From IMG/VR virus record IMGVR_UViG_3300028844_002929, positions 1 to 61,223 of that record: DNA of 61,223 bases. One strand, 5' to 3'. The notes below the pieces were generated by a model, which did not search any database, was not told where the DNA came from, and saw nothing but the letters and a program-made list of their open reading frames with translations. Below are positions 1 to 8,325 of the stretch, one piece after another. Numbering within the stretch: the first letter of the stretch is position 1; each line of letters begins with the position of its first letter. Origin of the DNA: a virus (lineage: Duplodnaviria > Caudoviricetes). The position numbers and the translations under genes are program-made.

Positions 1-144
1 AAGTAGACAAGACCGCACCCTTCTGGGTTGCGCTTGAAGATGAAAACGCGCCAACAATTATTGTAGATGGAGTGAAGATGAAGCACGCTGTGTGGAATCT
101 ACTGATCCACCTCAGAGACATGAGGATGTACTGTGGGCCCATCA
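1..144 (+). repeat. Terminal direct repeat copy 1 (assembly circularisation overlap)
   Basis: Identical to 61080-61223. Confidence 0.97.
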
Positions 145-275
145 GTATGAAGCCTCACAGGAATTGGAAAATCACCACCGTCAAGAAATACTACGGTCTC
201 AAAGGTGGCAAGCATAAAATCCATGACAGCCTTCGCCATATCTACAAAGAACTGCGGGAGAAAAACAAGAAATAA
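3..275 (+). CDS. 3' part of a 101-aa hypothetical protein that starts at 61049 and crosses the circular junction
   Basis: Frame open from ATG 61049 (MTAKVDPGLNQVDKTAPFW...) to TAA 275. Confidence 0.8.
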   Translation, partial: VDKTAPFWVALEDENAPTIIVDGVKMKHAVWNLLIHLRDMRMYCGPISMKPHRNWKITTVKKYYGLKGGKHKIHDSLRHIYKELREKNKK

Positions 276-308
276 TTTGCAGGTATAGACAAGATTCCTA
301 TAAGTTTG
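276..308 (+). promoter_or_regulatory. Bacteroidota-type housekeeping promoter
   Basis: TTTG (276-279), 21-nt spacer, TAAGTTTG (301-308). Confidence 0.75.
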
Positions 309-330
309 CGACAATCAATTGACATGAGTG

Positions 331-414
331 ATGAAAGATATTGACTTCACAGCAATTGGATGGGCAGGAATATTTCTGTGCATCCTTGCCCTCATGGTAA
401 TTAAATTCATATGA
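331..414 (+). CDS. 27-aa membrane peptide (not in ORF track)
   Basis: MKDIDFTAIGWAGIFLCILALMVIKFI; follows promoter; ATGA overlap with next gene. Confidence 0.55.
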   Translation: MKDIDFTAIGWAGIFLCILALMVIKFI

Positions 415-893
415 AAGAGAAAAAGTACAAGGTGCGATTCCACCTTGCCGCTGGGCCTAACTATCAACGGTGGCAAGTGCGGCATGGTGATGACGTAAAA
501 TACTACGACCCTGAAGATGTCACTTTAGATATGCACGGGTGCCAGTTGCGTAACCAAGCTAAAACCGCAGAGGGTATTTACTTAGGTAAGAGCAAGACGG
601 TATGTGCATGGGTAGAGTGCGACTCTCTGGAAGTGAAGGCCCGCCATGAGCATACCCTTCCTGATCCCAAAGGATTTGTTGCGGTCCAATACAACCCACG
701 CAAGGCTCCTCATTGGTTCAGGGACAACTACAAAAACAACGTCGATAATATGAGGTACTTGTGCCTCACAACCATAGGTCGTCTCATTGTAATACCAGAT
801 ATTAATGAAGAGTGGAAGCGTTCTCAAGCATCTCGAAAAGCTACACGGTCAAGCGAGATCGTGCAGAGTGAAAGTAATAGCACAAACAAGTGA
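411..893 (+). CDS. Conserved phage hypothetical protein
   Basis: 160-aa ORF in operon; VRFHL..G.N..WQV and KTVCAW motifs. Confidence 0.75.
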   Translation: MKEKKYKVRFHLAAGPNYQRWQVRHGDDVKYYDPEDVTLDMHGCQLRNQAKTAEGIYLGKSKTVCAWVECDSLEVKARHEHTLPDPKGFVAVQYNPRKAPHWFRDNYKNNVDNMRYLCLTTIGRLIVIPDINEEWKRSQASRKATRSSEIVQSESNSTNK

Positions 894-900
894 AATAAGT

Positions 901-1407
901 ATGTCTAAAACAGAAACGATTATTGCCAACGTTGTTATGAACTCTGTATGCTCAGTGTTCATGGTGACCCCCTCGGATATTCGAGGCTTATCACGCCACA
1001 GTAGTATCATCAACGCCCGCCATGCATATGTTATGCTGCGCAACCAACTGAGCTCCCCTACCTACACTCAAATAGGATCTGAGTTGAATGGTCGTAGCCA
1101 TAGCACAGTGATCTCCAGCTTGCGCAAGAGTAGCGAGCTCATTGAACAGGATAATGTGTTTAGGCTGCAGTGCAAAACAGTTATGGATCAGTTGGCTGAA
1201 TCTGATAACGTGGTGGTGCAGACCCTTGCGCGAGACACAAATCGAAAAGGACAGGCAGACTCAGTGAAGGGAGACACTGCCCGTAAACTTATGCGAGAGT
1301 TCCTCAACACCTTTGATGGCTTCATACAGGGCAACTCATCAGCAGTTGTGCTCAAGAAACTACATGGCATCAGAGAAGAAGCTATTGATGCAAACCTTAA
1401 TGACTAA
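901..1407 (+). CDS. DnaA C-terminal (domain IV) HTH protein
   Basis: SR..SI..ARH...IG.EL.GRSHSTVI signature; ATG 901 preferred over 805. Confidence 0.8.
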   Translation: MSKTETIIANVVMNSVCSVFMVTPSDIRGLSRHSSIINARHAYVMLRNQLSSPTYTQIGSELNGRSHSTVISSLRKSSELIEQDNVFRLQCKTVMDQLAESDNVVVQTLARDTNRKGQADSVKGDTARKLMREFLNTFDGFIQGNSSAVVLKKLHGIREEAIDANLND

Positions 1408-1419
1408 ACCCCAAAACCA

Positions 1420-1614
1420 ATGACGAAGCGAAAGCTGACTCAGCAAGAGCGTGACGACAAAGTCGAACGATACATTGACAGCGCCCTCGACGGAGTATCC
1501 TACTCCGACCTGCACGACATGGTCTGTGAATACATACGCAGCAGCTTTGCTGACGTGTCCGATGAGGAACTCAACGCTCACATTGACGACCACTTCGGTC
1601 AGTACGAAAAATAA
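1420..1614 (+). CDS. Hypothetical protein
   Basis: 64-aa ORF with A/C-rich leader. Confidence 0.7.
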   Translation: MTKRKLTQQERDDKVERYIDSALDGVSYSDLHDMVCEYIRSSFADVSDEELNAHIDDHFGQYEK

Positions 1615-1635
1615 ACCCCAAACCCTAAATTCAAA

Positions 1636-2028
1636 ATGAGTTCATCCCAAAAGACTTGGACATCCAGCGAATTGGCTGTTGTCCACCATCACCTTGCTGA
1701 TATCCTAGAGGAGAGTAAGGGCGGTGTGTCCTCCACGTCCCCAACCCTGCATCGATTGCATGCACAATTCCCCGACCGCACCTTCAGTGCAGTATCCAAC
1801 AAAGTTCGTGTAGAGATGGCGCGGAAGGGCTTGGTCGAGCCTAAAACAAAACAGATTGAAGCGCTCAGGAAACAGCTTGAGCTAATGAATTCAGACGAAA
1901 CTCCGCCAGTACTCGTCTTGCCTGAGCCTAAGCCGCAGGTCAATGCTGGATCCATCGTGTCGGTCCCTTTGAAAAAACTGTACGGCAAAGTAGACTATGA
2001 AACATTTATGTCCCTGATCAATGAGTGA
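1636..2028 (+). CDS. Hypothetical protein, possible helical DNA-binding N-terminus
   Basis: WT..E...and RT..AV..K pattern; A-rich leader. Confidence 0.65.
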   Translation: MSSSQKTWTSSELAVVHHHLADILEESKGGVSSTSPTLHRLHAQFPDRTFSAVSNKVRVEMARKGLVEPKTKQIEALRKQLELMNSDETPPVLVLPEPKPQVNAGSIVSVPLKKLYGKVDYETFMSLINE

Positions 2029-2665
2029 ACCTAAGAAACCACGTGCGCCACGCACGACGACCTCTGTGTATACGCGCCTCAATACAGTTGATGTTCGCCC
2101 TCGTGTAAGAAAGAAAGGTAAGGTTGAGTACATATCCTGGGCGGATGCCTGGCACATGCTGATGACCGAGTTCCCTGACTCAACTAGGAAGGTGTACAAG
2201 GATGAAGCCACAGGCCTGAACTTCTTTACCGATGGACGCACCGCCTATGTGGAGGTGGGTGTCACAGTGAAGGGGACCGAGCATGTCGTAGACCTACCTG
2301 TTATGGACTTCCGTAACAACTCCATCCCCATCGACAAGATGAACAGCTTCGACGTCAACAAGACAGTCCAACGTGCTATGGTAAAAGCCATAGCTATGCA
2401 TGGGCTGGGCTTACAACTGTGGACCAAGGAGGATCTGTATGATGCGGATGAGAAAGCCCCTGTGCAACAGGCAGCCGCGCCTGTCGCTAAGCAGGCAGCT
2501 GTAGATACCAATGACCCAAGTGCCATTGTAGATGCGACCATCAACTACCTGAAGACTCTTCCGAACGTCACAGCTAAGACTAAAGCGTCTCAGAGTATGA
2601 TCAAGAAGTACAAGGACAAGCTCTCTGAGCAAGACATCGAGAAGATTAACAAGTTTGTACGATGA
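2021..2665 (+). CDS. Sak3/DUF1071-like single-strand annealing protein
   Basis: YISWADAW, LPVMDFRNNSI, FDVNKTVQRAMVKAIAMHGLGL motifs. Confidence 0.85.
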   Translation: MSEPKKPRAPRTTTSVYTRLNTVDVRPRVRKKGKVEYISWADAWHMLMTEFPDSTRKVYKDEATGLNFFTDGRTAYVEVGVTVKGTEHVVDLPVMDFRNNSIPIDKMNSFDVNKTVQRAMVKAIAMHGLGLQLWTKEDLYDADEKAPVQQAAAPVAKQAAVDTNDPSAIVDATINYLKTLPNVTAKTKASQSMIKKYKDKLSEQDIEKINKFVR

Positions 2666-3441
2666 GCATGAGAGAATTATTACAGGAGAGGTACGGTAAG
2701 GGACACTTGTCGTACTCATCTATCAAGCATGCCCTCGGTGACATGCGCAAGTGGGAGATGTATATGCGTGGTGAGTTGAAGAAAGAGTCTACGGCTTTGA
2801 ACTTCGGATCGCTTTACGACTGTATGCTACTGACACCTGATGAATTTGATAGTAGGTATATGATCCTGCACGAAGAGGATGTCCTAGCTGCTTGCAGTAA
2901 GGAGACCCGTTCCAAGAGCAGGCCTACGACAACCAAAGAGTACGGTCAGGTGGTCGCTATGCTGACAGAGGATAGTGGCAAAGAGGTGGTCAAGGCTAGT
3001 GATCATAAGGAGGCCCTGCTAATGATCGAGCGCCTAGGTAACGAAGGGCTGATAGATCAGTATCTGACAGGCGGACAGGCCCAGGTGGAGTTCAACGTTG
3101 ATGTCCATGACGTACCCTTGAGAGGATTCTTAGACTATTTACATGACGATTATATCTTGGACAGCAAGACAGTCGGCAGGGAGTCATCTAAGTTCAAGTG
3201 GGATGTGCAGTCATGGAGCTATGACATCCAAGCATACATCTATATGCAGGTCTTCCCTCGTGATGAATTCCTATGGCTAATACAGGAGAAGTCAGCACCT
3301 TTCTATCCTGGCGTAGTTACCTGCACCCAGCAGACCTTGTTTAACGGTGAGATGAAGTTTGAGGAGGCGCTTGATAACATCAAAGCGTGGTTGTCAACAG
3401 ACCCTAGTGAACAAACAGGCCATGGACGATTTTCAGTTTGA
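2662..3441 (+). CDS. PD-(D/E)XK exonuclease (RecE/exonuclease VIII-like)
   Basis: LSYSSIK, FGSLYD, G.LD..., DSKT, YDIQAYIY; adjacent to annealase. Confidence 0.8.
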   Translation: MSMRELLQERYGKGHLSYSSIKHALGDMRKWEMYMRGELKKESTALNFGSLYDCMLLTPDEFDSRYMILHEEDVLAACSKETRSKSRPTTTKEYGQVVAMLTEDSGKEVVKASDHKEALLMIERLGNEGLIDQYLTGGQAQVEFNVDVHDVPLRGFLDYLHDDYILDSKTVGRESSKFKWDVQSWSYDIQAYIYMQVFPRDEFLWLIQEKSAPFYPGVVTCTQQTLFNGEMKFEEALDNIKAWLSTDPSEQTGHGRFSV

Positions 3442-3495
3442 CGTTTTCTTATACGTGATATTAATTACCTTGCTGTCACTAAATTTTTTATAGCC

Positions 3496-3804
3496 ATGAG
3501 CGAAGAGATGAAATCAGATAGTGTTCTGATTGGGTGGACCGACCCACAAAAGCAAGCTGAAGACGGGAGTTGCAAGTCTTGGAGAGTCAAGTTCAAAGCA
3601 GCTGAGTTGAAAGACATGCTTGACAACTACGTCACCACTACAAATAGTGAGGGGCATGGTGGCAATGTCTATGTGACCCTCTTTGTTTCGAAGTCTGGCA
3701 AGTCATGCTGCAGAGTATGGGACCCCAACAGCGAGGGTGCCAAGCAGCAGAGAGCCAACACTGCGAAAAAGAAGGAGTCACTGGCAGATGACCTGCCATT
3801 CTAA
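3496..3804 (+). CDS. Probable single-stranded DNA-binding protein
   Basis: C-terminal DDLPF tail; in recombination cluster. Confidence 0.65.
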   Translation: MSEEMKSDSVLIGWTDPQKQAEDGSCKSWRVKFKAAELKDMLDNYVTTTNSEGHGGNVYVTLFVSKSGKSCCRVWDPNSEGAKQQRANTAKKKESLADDLPF

Positions 3805-4078
3805 AGCGACGATCTATCTCCTAGACCTTGAGGTGCAGGTTAAAAAAAAACAGCACTTCAAGACCTTTAAATCATGGGCGGTGTCTTGCTTTACTGATCC
3901 CCTCGACATTCTGAAACACGACAAGAAGACTGTCACTAGGTTGATGAACGAGGGATATGGTAAGGGCAAGGTGAAGCAGCGCCTGATCAAGATTAAAAGT
4001 GTTACAGTGATAAAGGAGATAGGGAAATCGCAGCAAACCTTGGATGACAAGAAGAGACCAGATAGTAGCAGCGACTAA
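3788..4078 (+). CDS. Hypothetical basic protein
   Basis: ORF fills gap between neighbours; ATG 3788 preferred. Confidence 0.6.
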   Translation: MTCHSKATIYLLDLEVQVKKKQHFKTFKSWAVSCFTDPLDILKHDKKTVTRLMNEGYGKGKVKQRLIKIKSVTVIKEIGKSQQTLDDKKRPDSSSD

Positions 4079-4424
4079 CAAAGTTAGGGAGTTGCTCCTT
4101 GAAAAGAATGATGCTTACGGTGACAGTGCGCTGTCCCCCCTGAACATCTTTTCTTCCGCCAACGCCGAGTACGGGATACGAAACCGCATCGATGATAAGC
4201 TGAAGCGCATAAAAAACGCTGGCTTAAATGATGATACGGAGGATACCCTACTCGACTTGGCGGGGTACATCATCCTGCTAATGATTGCACGGGATGAAGG
4301 TCACCATATTCAAAACAATATTCGAGACGAGCGACCCGAAGTATCGGGATCTGTCAGTCATACTGAACAGGATTCGGGATGGAGCGTCTCGTATGACCGT
4401 GGAAGCGGTACGACAGGGGAATAA
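4044..4424 (+). CDS. DUF1599 / nucleotide-modification-associated domain protein
   Basis: KN.AYGDSA, RIDDKLKRI, EDTLLDLAGY motifs. Confidence 0.75.
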   Translation: MTRRDQIVAATNKVRELLLEKNDAYGDSALSPLNIFSSANAEYGIRNRIDDKLKRIKNAGLNDDTEDTLLDLAGYIILLMIARDEGHHIQNNIRDERPEVSGSVSHTEQDSGWSVSYDRGSGTTGE

Positions 4425-6201
4425 AGAGAGGAAGAAAGACCTTCCTGCAGTCCTGTTTAGCGGGACATTTGAGTCAAGGTCAGACGATAGTATACAGGAC
4501 CACAATGGTCTTATCGTATTAGACTTTGACCACGTTGACGTAGAAGCAACGAAGTCTGCGCTTGCTATGGATGAGCACATCCAAGCATGCTGGATATCAC
4601 CTTCAGGTGATGGCATAAAAGCCCTCACTAAAATAACAAACCCTGAGCGGCACCGCGATCACTTTCGTGCACTGGTCAGGTACTTCGATGAGAGGTATGG
4701 CCTGGCTCTAGACGAGTCAGGCAAGAATGAAAGTCGGGCTTGCTGGGAGAGCTATGACCCCGACATCATAATCAAAGGCAAGTGCGCACCCTTTGGAAAG
4801 TTTGTAAGTGAGGAGGTAGCAAACGCCCCTCCTGCTGCACCGACAGTCAGCACTACAGACTACACGAAACTGCAGATAGCTGTACGCATGATACAGAATG
4901 CTGCCGATGGTGAGAAGCACCATGTCTTAATCAAAGCTGCCACCCTCTGCGGAGGATATGTGGCAGCAGGTAAGATCGAGGAAGACGAGGTTCACCGCAT
5001 CCTATTGCGAGAGATCCTGAAGCGTGACATAAGCAGCGAAAAGAATGCCATCGATGCCATACAAGAGGGAGTAGAGTATGGCAAGACGCGCCCGATCAGA
5101 GAGATTATTCAGGAAGAGGAGGAGCAACTGCGACTCATGGAGGTCATGGATGGGGACATGTCATTCATCAGCAGTGATGAAGATGACTACCATTGGATCG
5201 ATGACTTCAGTGAAGGTCGTATTGAGCATGGCCTGGAGTCAGGGAATGAGACATGGGATAAGTACTTCAGGTACAAGAGGGAGTTGACTATCATCAACGG
5301 GCACAGCAACGTAGGTAAGACGACCACTGCGCTGTACCTCATCGTGAACAGTGCAATTCGTCATGGCTGGAAGTGGTTGATTTACAGTGCTGAGAACAAG
5401 ACTGCGTCCGTGAAGATGACGTTGATGCAGATGGCTGCTGATAAGCCTGTGTCTAGCATGACCTACAGCGAGAAGAAGAACAGCTATGATTGGGTTAAGA
5501 AGCATTTCTATATCGTCAGCAACACGAAGGTGTACAGCTACCTGGACATCCTCTTGTTTATGGAGAAGGTTCACCATTACAACAAGATTGACGGTGTCTT
5601 TGTAGACCCATACAATAGCCTGCGCTTGGATCTCAGAAGATCGGAGATGCAGAACACACACGACTATCACTACGAAGCGGCTACTGCTTTCCTGACCTTC
5701 AGCACCAACAACAACATAGCCGTGTGGTTGAACATGCACGCAGTCACTGAAGCTCAACGCAGGAAGGGACCTGATGGATTGCCTAGCGCCCCGTATGCGG
5801 AGGACACAGAGGGTGGCGGTAAGTTTGTGAATAGGGCGGACTGCTTCTTGACCATCCACAGAAAGGTCCAGGCTCCTGACCCACATATTCGGCAGTTGAG
5901 TGAGGTTCATGTGCGGAAAGTAAGGACCACTGAGACAGGAGGCAAGCCTACACCTTTGGCAGATCCATTGACCTTGCTCATTAACACTCGGCATACAGGA
6001 TTTACTGCGACTGGACTCAAGCCACTTGTATCTAAGATTGACTTCAGCACCTTTGGTGAGCAGACGGAGATGTTAGATAAAATGACTTGGGATATGTATC
6101 AATCGTCAATAGATAATAACGTCGATTTTCTTACTACATTGCCTATCAATGAGGAAGAAAGCAGCAGCTCGGAGGCCAAGTCGAAAAAAGAATCTAGGTA
6201 A
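4294..6201 (+). CDS. Primase-helicase (VirE-N/BT4734-like N-terminus + DnaB-like SF4 helicase)
   Basis: LPAVLFSG, IVLDFD, ISPSGDGIK; Walker A GHSNVGKT; Walker B FVDPYN. Confidence 0.88.
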   Translation: MKVTIFKTIFETSDPKYRDLSVILNRIRDGASRMTVEAVRQGNKERKKDLPAVLFSGTFESRSDDSIQDHNGLIVLDFDHVDVEATKSALAMDEHIQACWISPSGDGIKALTKITNPERHRDHFRALVRYFDERYGLALDESGKNESRACWESYDPDIIIKGKCAPFGKFVSEEVANAPPAAPTVSTTDYTKLQIAVRMIQNAADGEKHHVLIKAATLCGGYVAAGKIEEDEVHRILLREILKRDISSEKNAIDAIQEGVEYGKTRPIREIIQEEEEQLRLMEVMDGDMSFISSDEDDYHWIDDFSEGRIEHGLESGNETWDKYFRYKRELTIINGHSNVGKTTTALYLIVNSAIRHGWKWLIYSAENKTASVKMTLMQMAADKPVSSMTYSEKKNSYDWVKKHFYIVSNTKVYSYLDILLFMEKVHHYNKIDGVFVDPYNSLRLDLRRSEMQNTHDYHYEAATAFLTFSTNNNIAVWLNMHAVTEAQRRKGPDGLPSAPYAEDTEGGGKFVNRADCFLTIHRKVQAPDPHIRQLSEVHVRKVRTTETGGKPTPLADPLTLLINTRHTGFTATGLKPLVSKIDFSTFGEQTEMLDKMTWDMYQSSIDNNVDFLTTLPINEEESSSSEAKSKKESR

Positions 6202-6601
6202 ATTTAAAAGTGGGATTGAGAAGTATTGCAATGATCAACTTCGAGCCGCTGGCCTAGCATTTGAGTACGAGGGCAAAGAGTATTTATTGGCAGAGAAGTT
6301 CAGATACCCTGGTAGATACCTGAAGATGACTGCTAAGCGCAAAGACCTTAGCGATCGTACTGACACTATACAGCTGCCGATTAGGTATACCCCTGACTTT
6401 GTTGCAAAGGATGAGAGCTGGGTCATTGAGACGAAAGGTTATGTCCATTCCCATCATGACTTCCCAATGAGGTGGAAGCTTTTCCTGAAACATCTTGTTG
6501 ATAATAACAAGACGTGTGCTGTATATATTGCAAAGAATAAGTCGCAAATTGATAGCGTCATTGCAGATATAAAACGTATTCGAGATGAAGGAACTGAGTG
6601 A
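6149..6601 (+). CDS. T7 endonuclease I-like resolvase
   Basis: FKSGIE, YTPDF, IETKG motifs. Confidence 0.8.
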   Translation: MRKKAAARRPSRKKNLGKFKSGIEKYCNDQLRAAGLAFEYEGKEYLLAEKFRYPGRYLKMTAKRKDLSDRTDTIQLPIRYTPDFVAKDESWVIETKGYVHSHHDFPMRWKLFLKHLVDNNKTCAVYIAKNKSQIDSVIADIKRIRDEGTE

Positions 6602-6809
6602 GCTGTTTCAAGGTGCATGTCAAAGGATGCATACTGCCACTACAAACCTGTATGAGGTCTTGCATGGGGATGACGGCTTGCCGATTACAGATAGGGAGTT
6701 AGTTGCGAGTAAGCTAACTGAGTGGAGGCAGTGGGTGAACATTGAAGTGGACTTGATTAGACAGTCCGTGAGAGAACACGAAGAGTATTTTGGACAAAAG
6801 CCTAAGTAG
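6585..6809 (+). CDS. Hypothetical protein
   Basis: 74-aa ORF overlapping both neighbours. Confidence 0.7.
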   Translation: MKELSELFQGACQRMHTATTNLYEVLHGDDGLPITDRELVASKLTEWRQWVNIEVDLIRQSVREHEEYFGQKPK

Positions 6810-7311
6810 GATCCGCAGTTGGCAGCGTGGCAACAACGCAGCTAAGAGGTACGAACGTGCCAACCCTGATGTACGCAAGTCATCACGGGGTGAGGATATA
6901 TTTATGCATGTCGATTACTGGCACGACGACGAAGGTGTGGATGTAAAAGGCAACAACCTTCCCGATGAAATCTGGGTGGAGTTTAAGAACGTCAATGGTA
7001 ATAAGGGGTGGCTCTTTGGTGAGGCTACCACTATTGCATTTGACATGCCCGAACTAGCAGGCTTTGTAGTCGTCGATCGTAAAGACCTGGCTGACTACTG
7101 CAAAGAGAACGTAGACTTCTCTGCCACTGTTCCGCGCAAAGACGCATACAAGAAGGTGTATCGCCGTCATGGCAGGCAAGACATGATAACTAAGCTGTGC
7201 TTAGAGGACCTTCAAACCCTTGATAGTTACCGAGTCATGGGGTACTGTCAGACTTACACACATCCAGCAGAATATTACATTTGTAGTATTAGCAACGAGG
7301 ACATACTTTAG
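6790..7311 (+). CDS. Probable PD-(D/E)XK nuclease-fold protein
   Basis: HVD...VDVKG...WVEFKNV.G.KGWL.G.A pattern; TTG start uncertain. Confidence 0.6.
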   Translation: MDKSLSRIRSWQRGNNAAKRYERANPDVRKSSRGEDIFMHVDYWHDDEGVDVKGNNLPDEIWVEFKNVNGNKGWLFGEATTIAFDMPELAGFVVVDRKDLADYCKENVDFSATVPRKDAYKKVYRRHGRQDMITKLCLEDLQTLDSYRVMGYCQTYTHPAEYYICSISNEDIL

Positions 7312-7378
7312 TGTCGAGATCCAGCACACCCCTTGCCTGATCGGGGCATGGTTTACAAAGATCAGGCGGTGTTAGTGG

Positions 7379-7413
7379 GAGGGAGTAGGCAAGGTCAAAG
7401 CCGCTCCCTCTTT
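7379..7413 (+). terminator. Putative terminator of the + arm
   Basis: GAGGGAG...CTCCCTC stem followed by TTT. Confidence 0.55.
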
Positions 7414-7488
7414 ACACATTATACAAAAGTAGATGCGTACATTGATCTCATGCGGACAAGCGCATGAGTTTGGTTTACATTGCGAAGA

Positions 7489-7513
7489 AGAGGGGGGCAA
7501 CGGCCTCCCTTTT
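7489..7513. terminator. Putative hairpin terminator at the arm convergence
   Basis: Imperfect purine-rich/pyrimidine-rich stem with T tail, next to stop of 7513-7821. Confidence 0.45.
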
Positions 7514-7821
7514 CATTGGCAGTCTTTTTGCCTGAGCTCGTCCACGAGCACCTCTAGGTGTGCAATGCGCTTCTCAACGTGCATCAGCCTTAAGTTCTGC
7601 TCCGCATCATCAGGTAGGCTGCCCATCTCTCCTCGTGGCCACTTCACCCTGAATTCAGAGTTCAGCTCTATCTCCTGGTTGTGACGCAGCGTTTCAAGCT
7701 CCAGGTTATTGAGCGAAGAAATAATGGTAAAGTACAAGGTGACCGCAGCACCTACGCCCAAGACGATTTGAATCAACCACTTGATGTTGATCCCCATGCT
7801 GGTGTTGTCGTCAAGATTCAT
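7513..7821 (-). CDS. Single-TM coiled-coil protein (lysis-associated?)
   Basis: N-terminal hydrophobic helix; follows holin. Confidence 0.65.
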   Translation of the reverse strand: MNLDDNTSMGINIKWLIQIVLGVGAAVTLYFTIISSLNNLELETLRHNQEIELNSEFRVKWPRGEMGSLPDDAEQNLRLMHVEKRIAHLEVLVDELRQKDCQ

Positions 7822-7853
7822 TGTGTTAAGAGAATGTTATGTACCTTTGTAAG

Positions 7854-7907
7854 ATGATTGAATTTATAATTTTTGTGTTTGGCCTGGCGGTCATGGTCAA
7901 CGCCTGA
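7854..7907 (+). CDS. Candidate 17-aa hydrophobic peptide
   Basis: TACCTTTG + 4 nt + ATG; MIEFIIFVFGLAVMVNA. Confidence 0.35.
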   Translation: MIEFIIFVFGLAVMVNA

Positions 7908-8325
7908 CTTTTTCTACTGTTCGCCCCGCGAAGTATGCTCCGAATACTGTGAGCATAAGAATCTCTAAGAGGTTGATGTAGTTTTCTGGTGGCATAAACG
8001 AGGGGTCAACGCCATCCCATACGGTGAGGATCATATAGAAGAGGCAGAGGGCAATCAGCATCACTGGTCGGATGAGCTTCGCCAGTGTTACATCTGACTG
8101 GGCATCCGCTTTCCACCGATCCGTTACATTCTGCTGGGCCTCCATCTCCGAATCCAGTACTGCCTTGAAGCTCTCGCTGTCCAGGGTAGGGTCCTTGTCC
8201 ACCAAATTCTTGATGACACCTAAGACACCTCGATCGGGCAAGACATCGCCCACTACATCGAGAACAGAGGGCGCCTTGTCTTTCAGCCACTCCCCCACCT
8301 TCGTGTCCTTTAGCTTCTTGTTCAT
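7897..8325 (-). CDS. Holin (GTA 3TM-holin-like)
   Basis: RWKAD..SD..LAK.IRP followed by two TM helices and YFAGRT.EK. Confidence 0.75.
   Translation of the reverse strand: MNKKLKDTKVGEWLKDKAPSVLDVVGDVLPDRGVLGVIKNLVDKDPTLDSESFKAVLDSEMEAQQNVTDRWKADAQSDVTLAKLIRPVMLIALCLFYMILTVWDGVDPSFMPPENYINLLEILMLTVFGAYFAGRTVEKVRR

Noticed and set aside
1-144. Terminal repeat as a biological direct terminal repeat
   Set aside because: It falls inside a gene in mid-operon; more consistent with an assembler circularisation overlap
5239-5994. 251-aa antisense ORF in the helicase gene
   Set aside because: Shadow ORF without protein-like features
7372-7419. 15-aa peptide MCKEGAALTLPTPSH after the - strand promoter
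   Set aside because: Reads through a terminator stem and has no protein-like features; kept only as a possible antisense RNA
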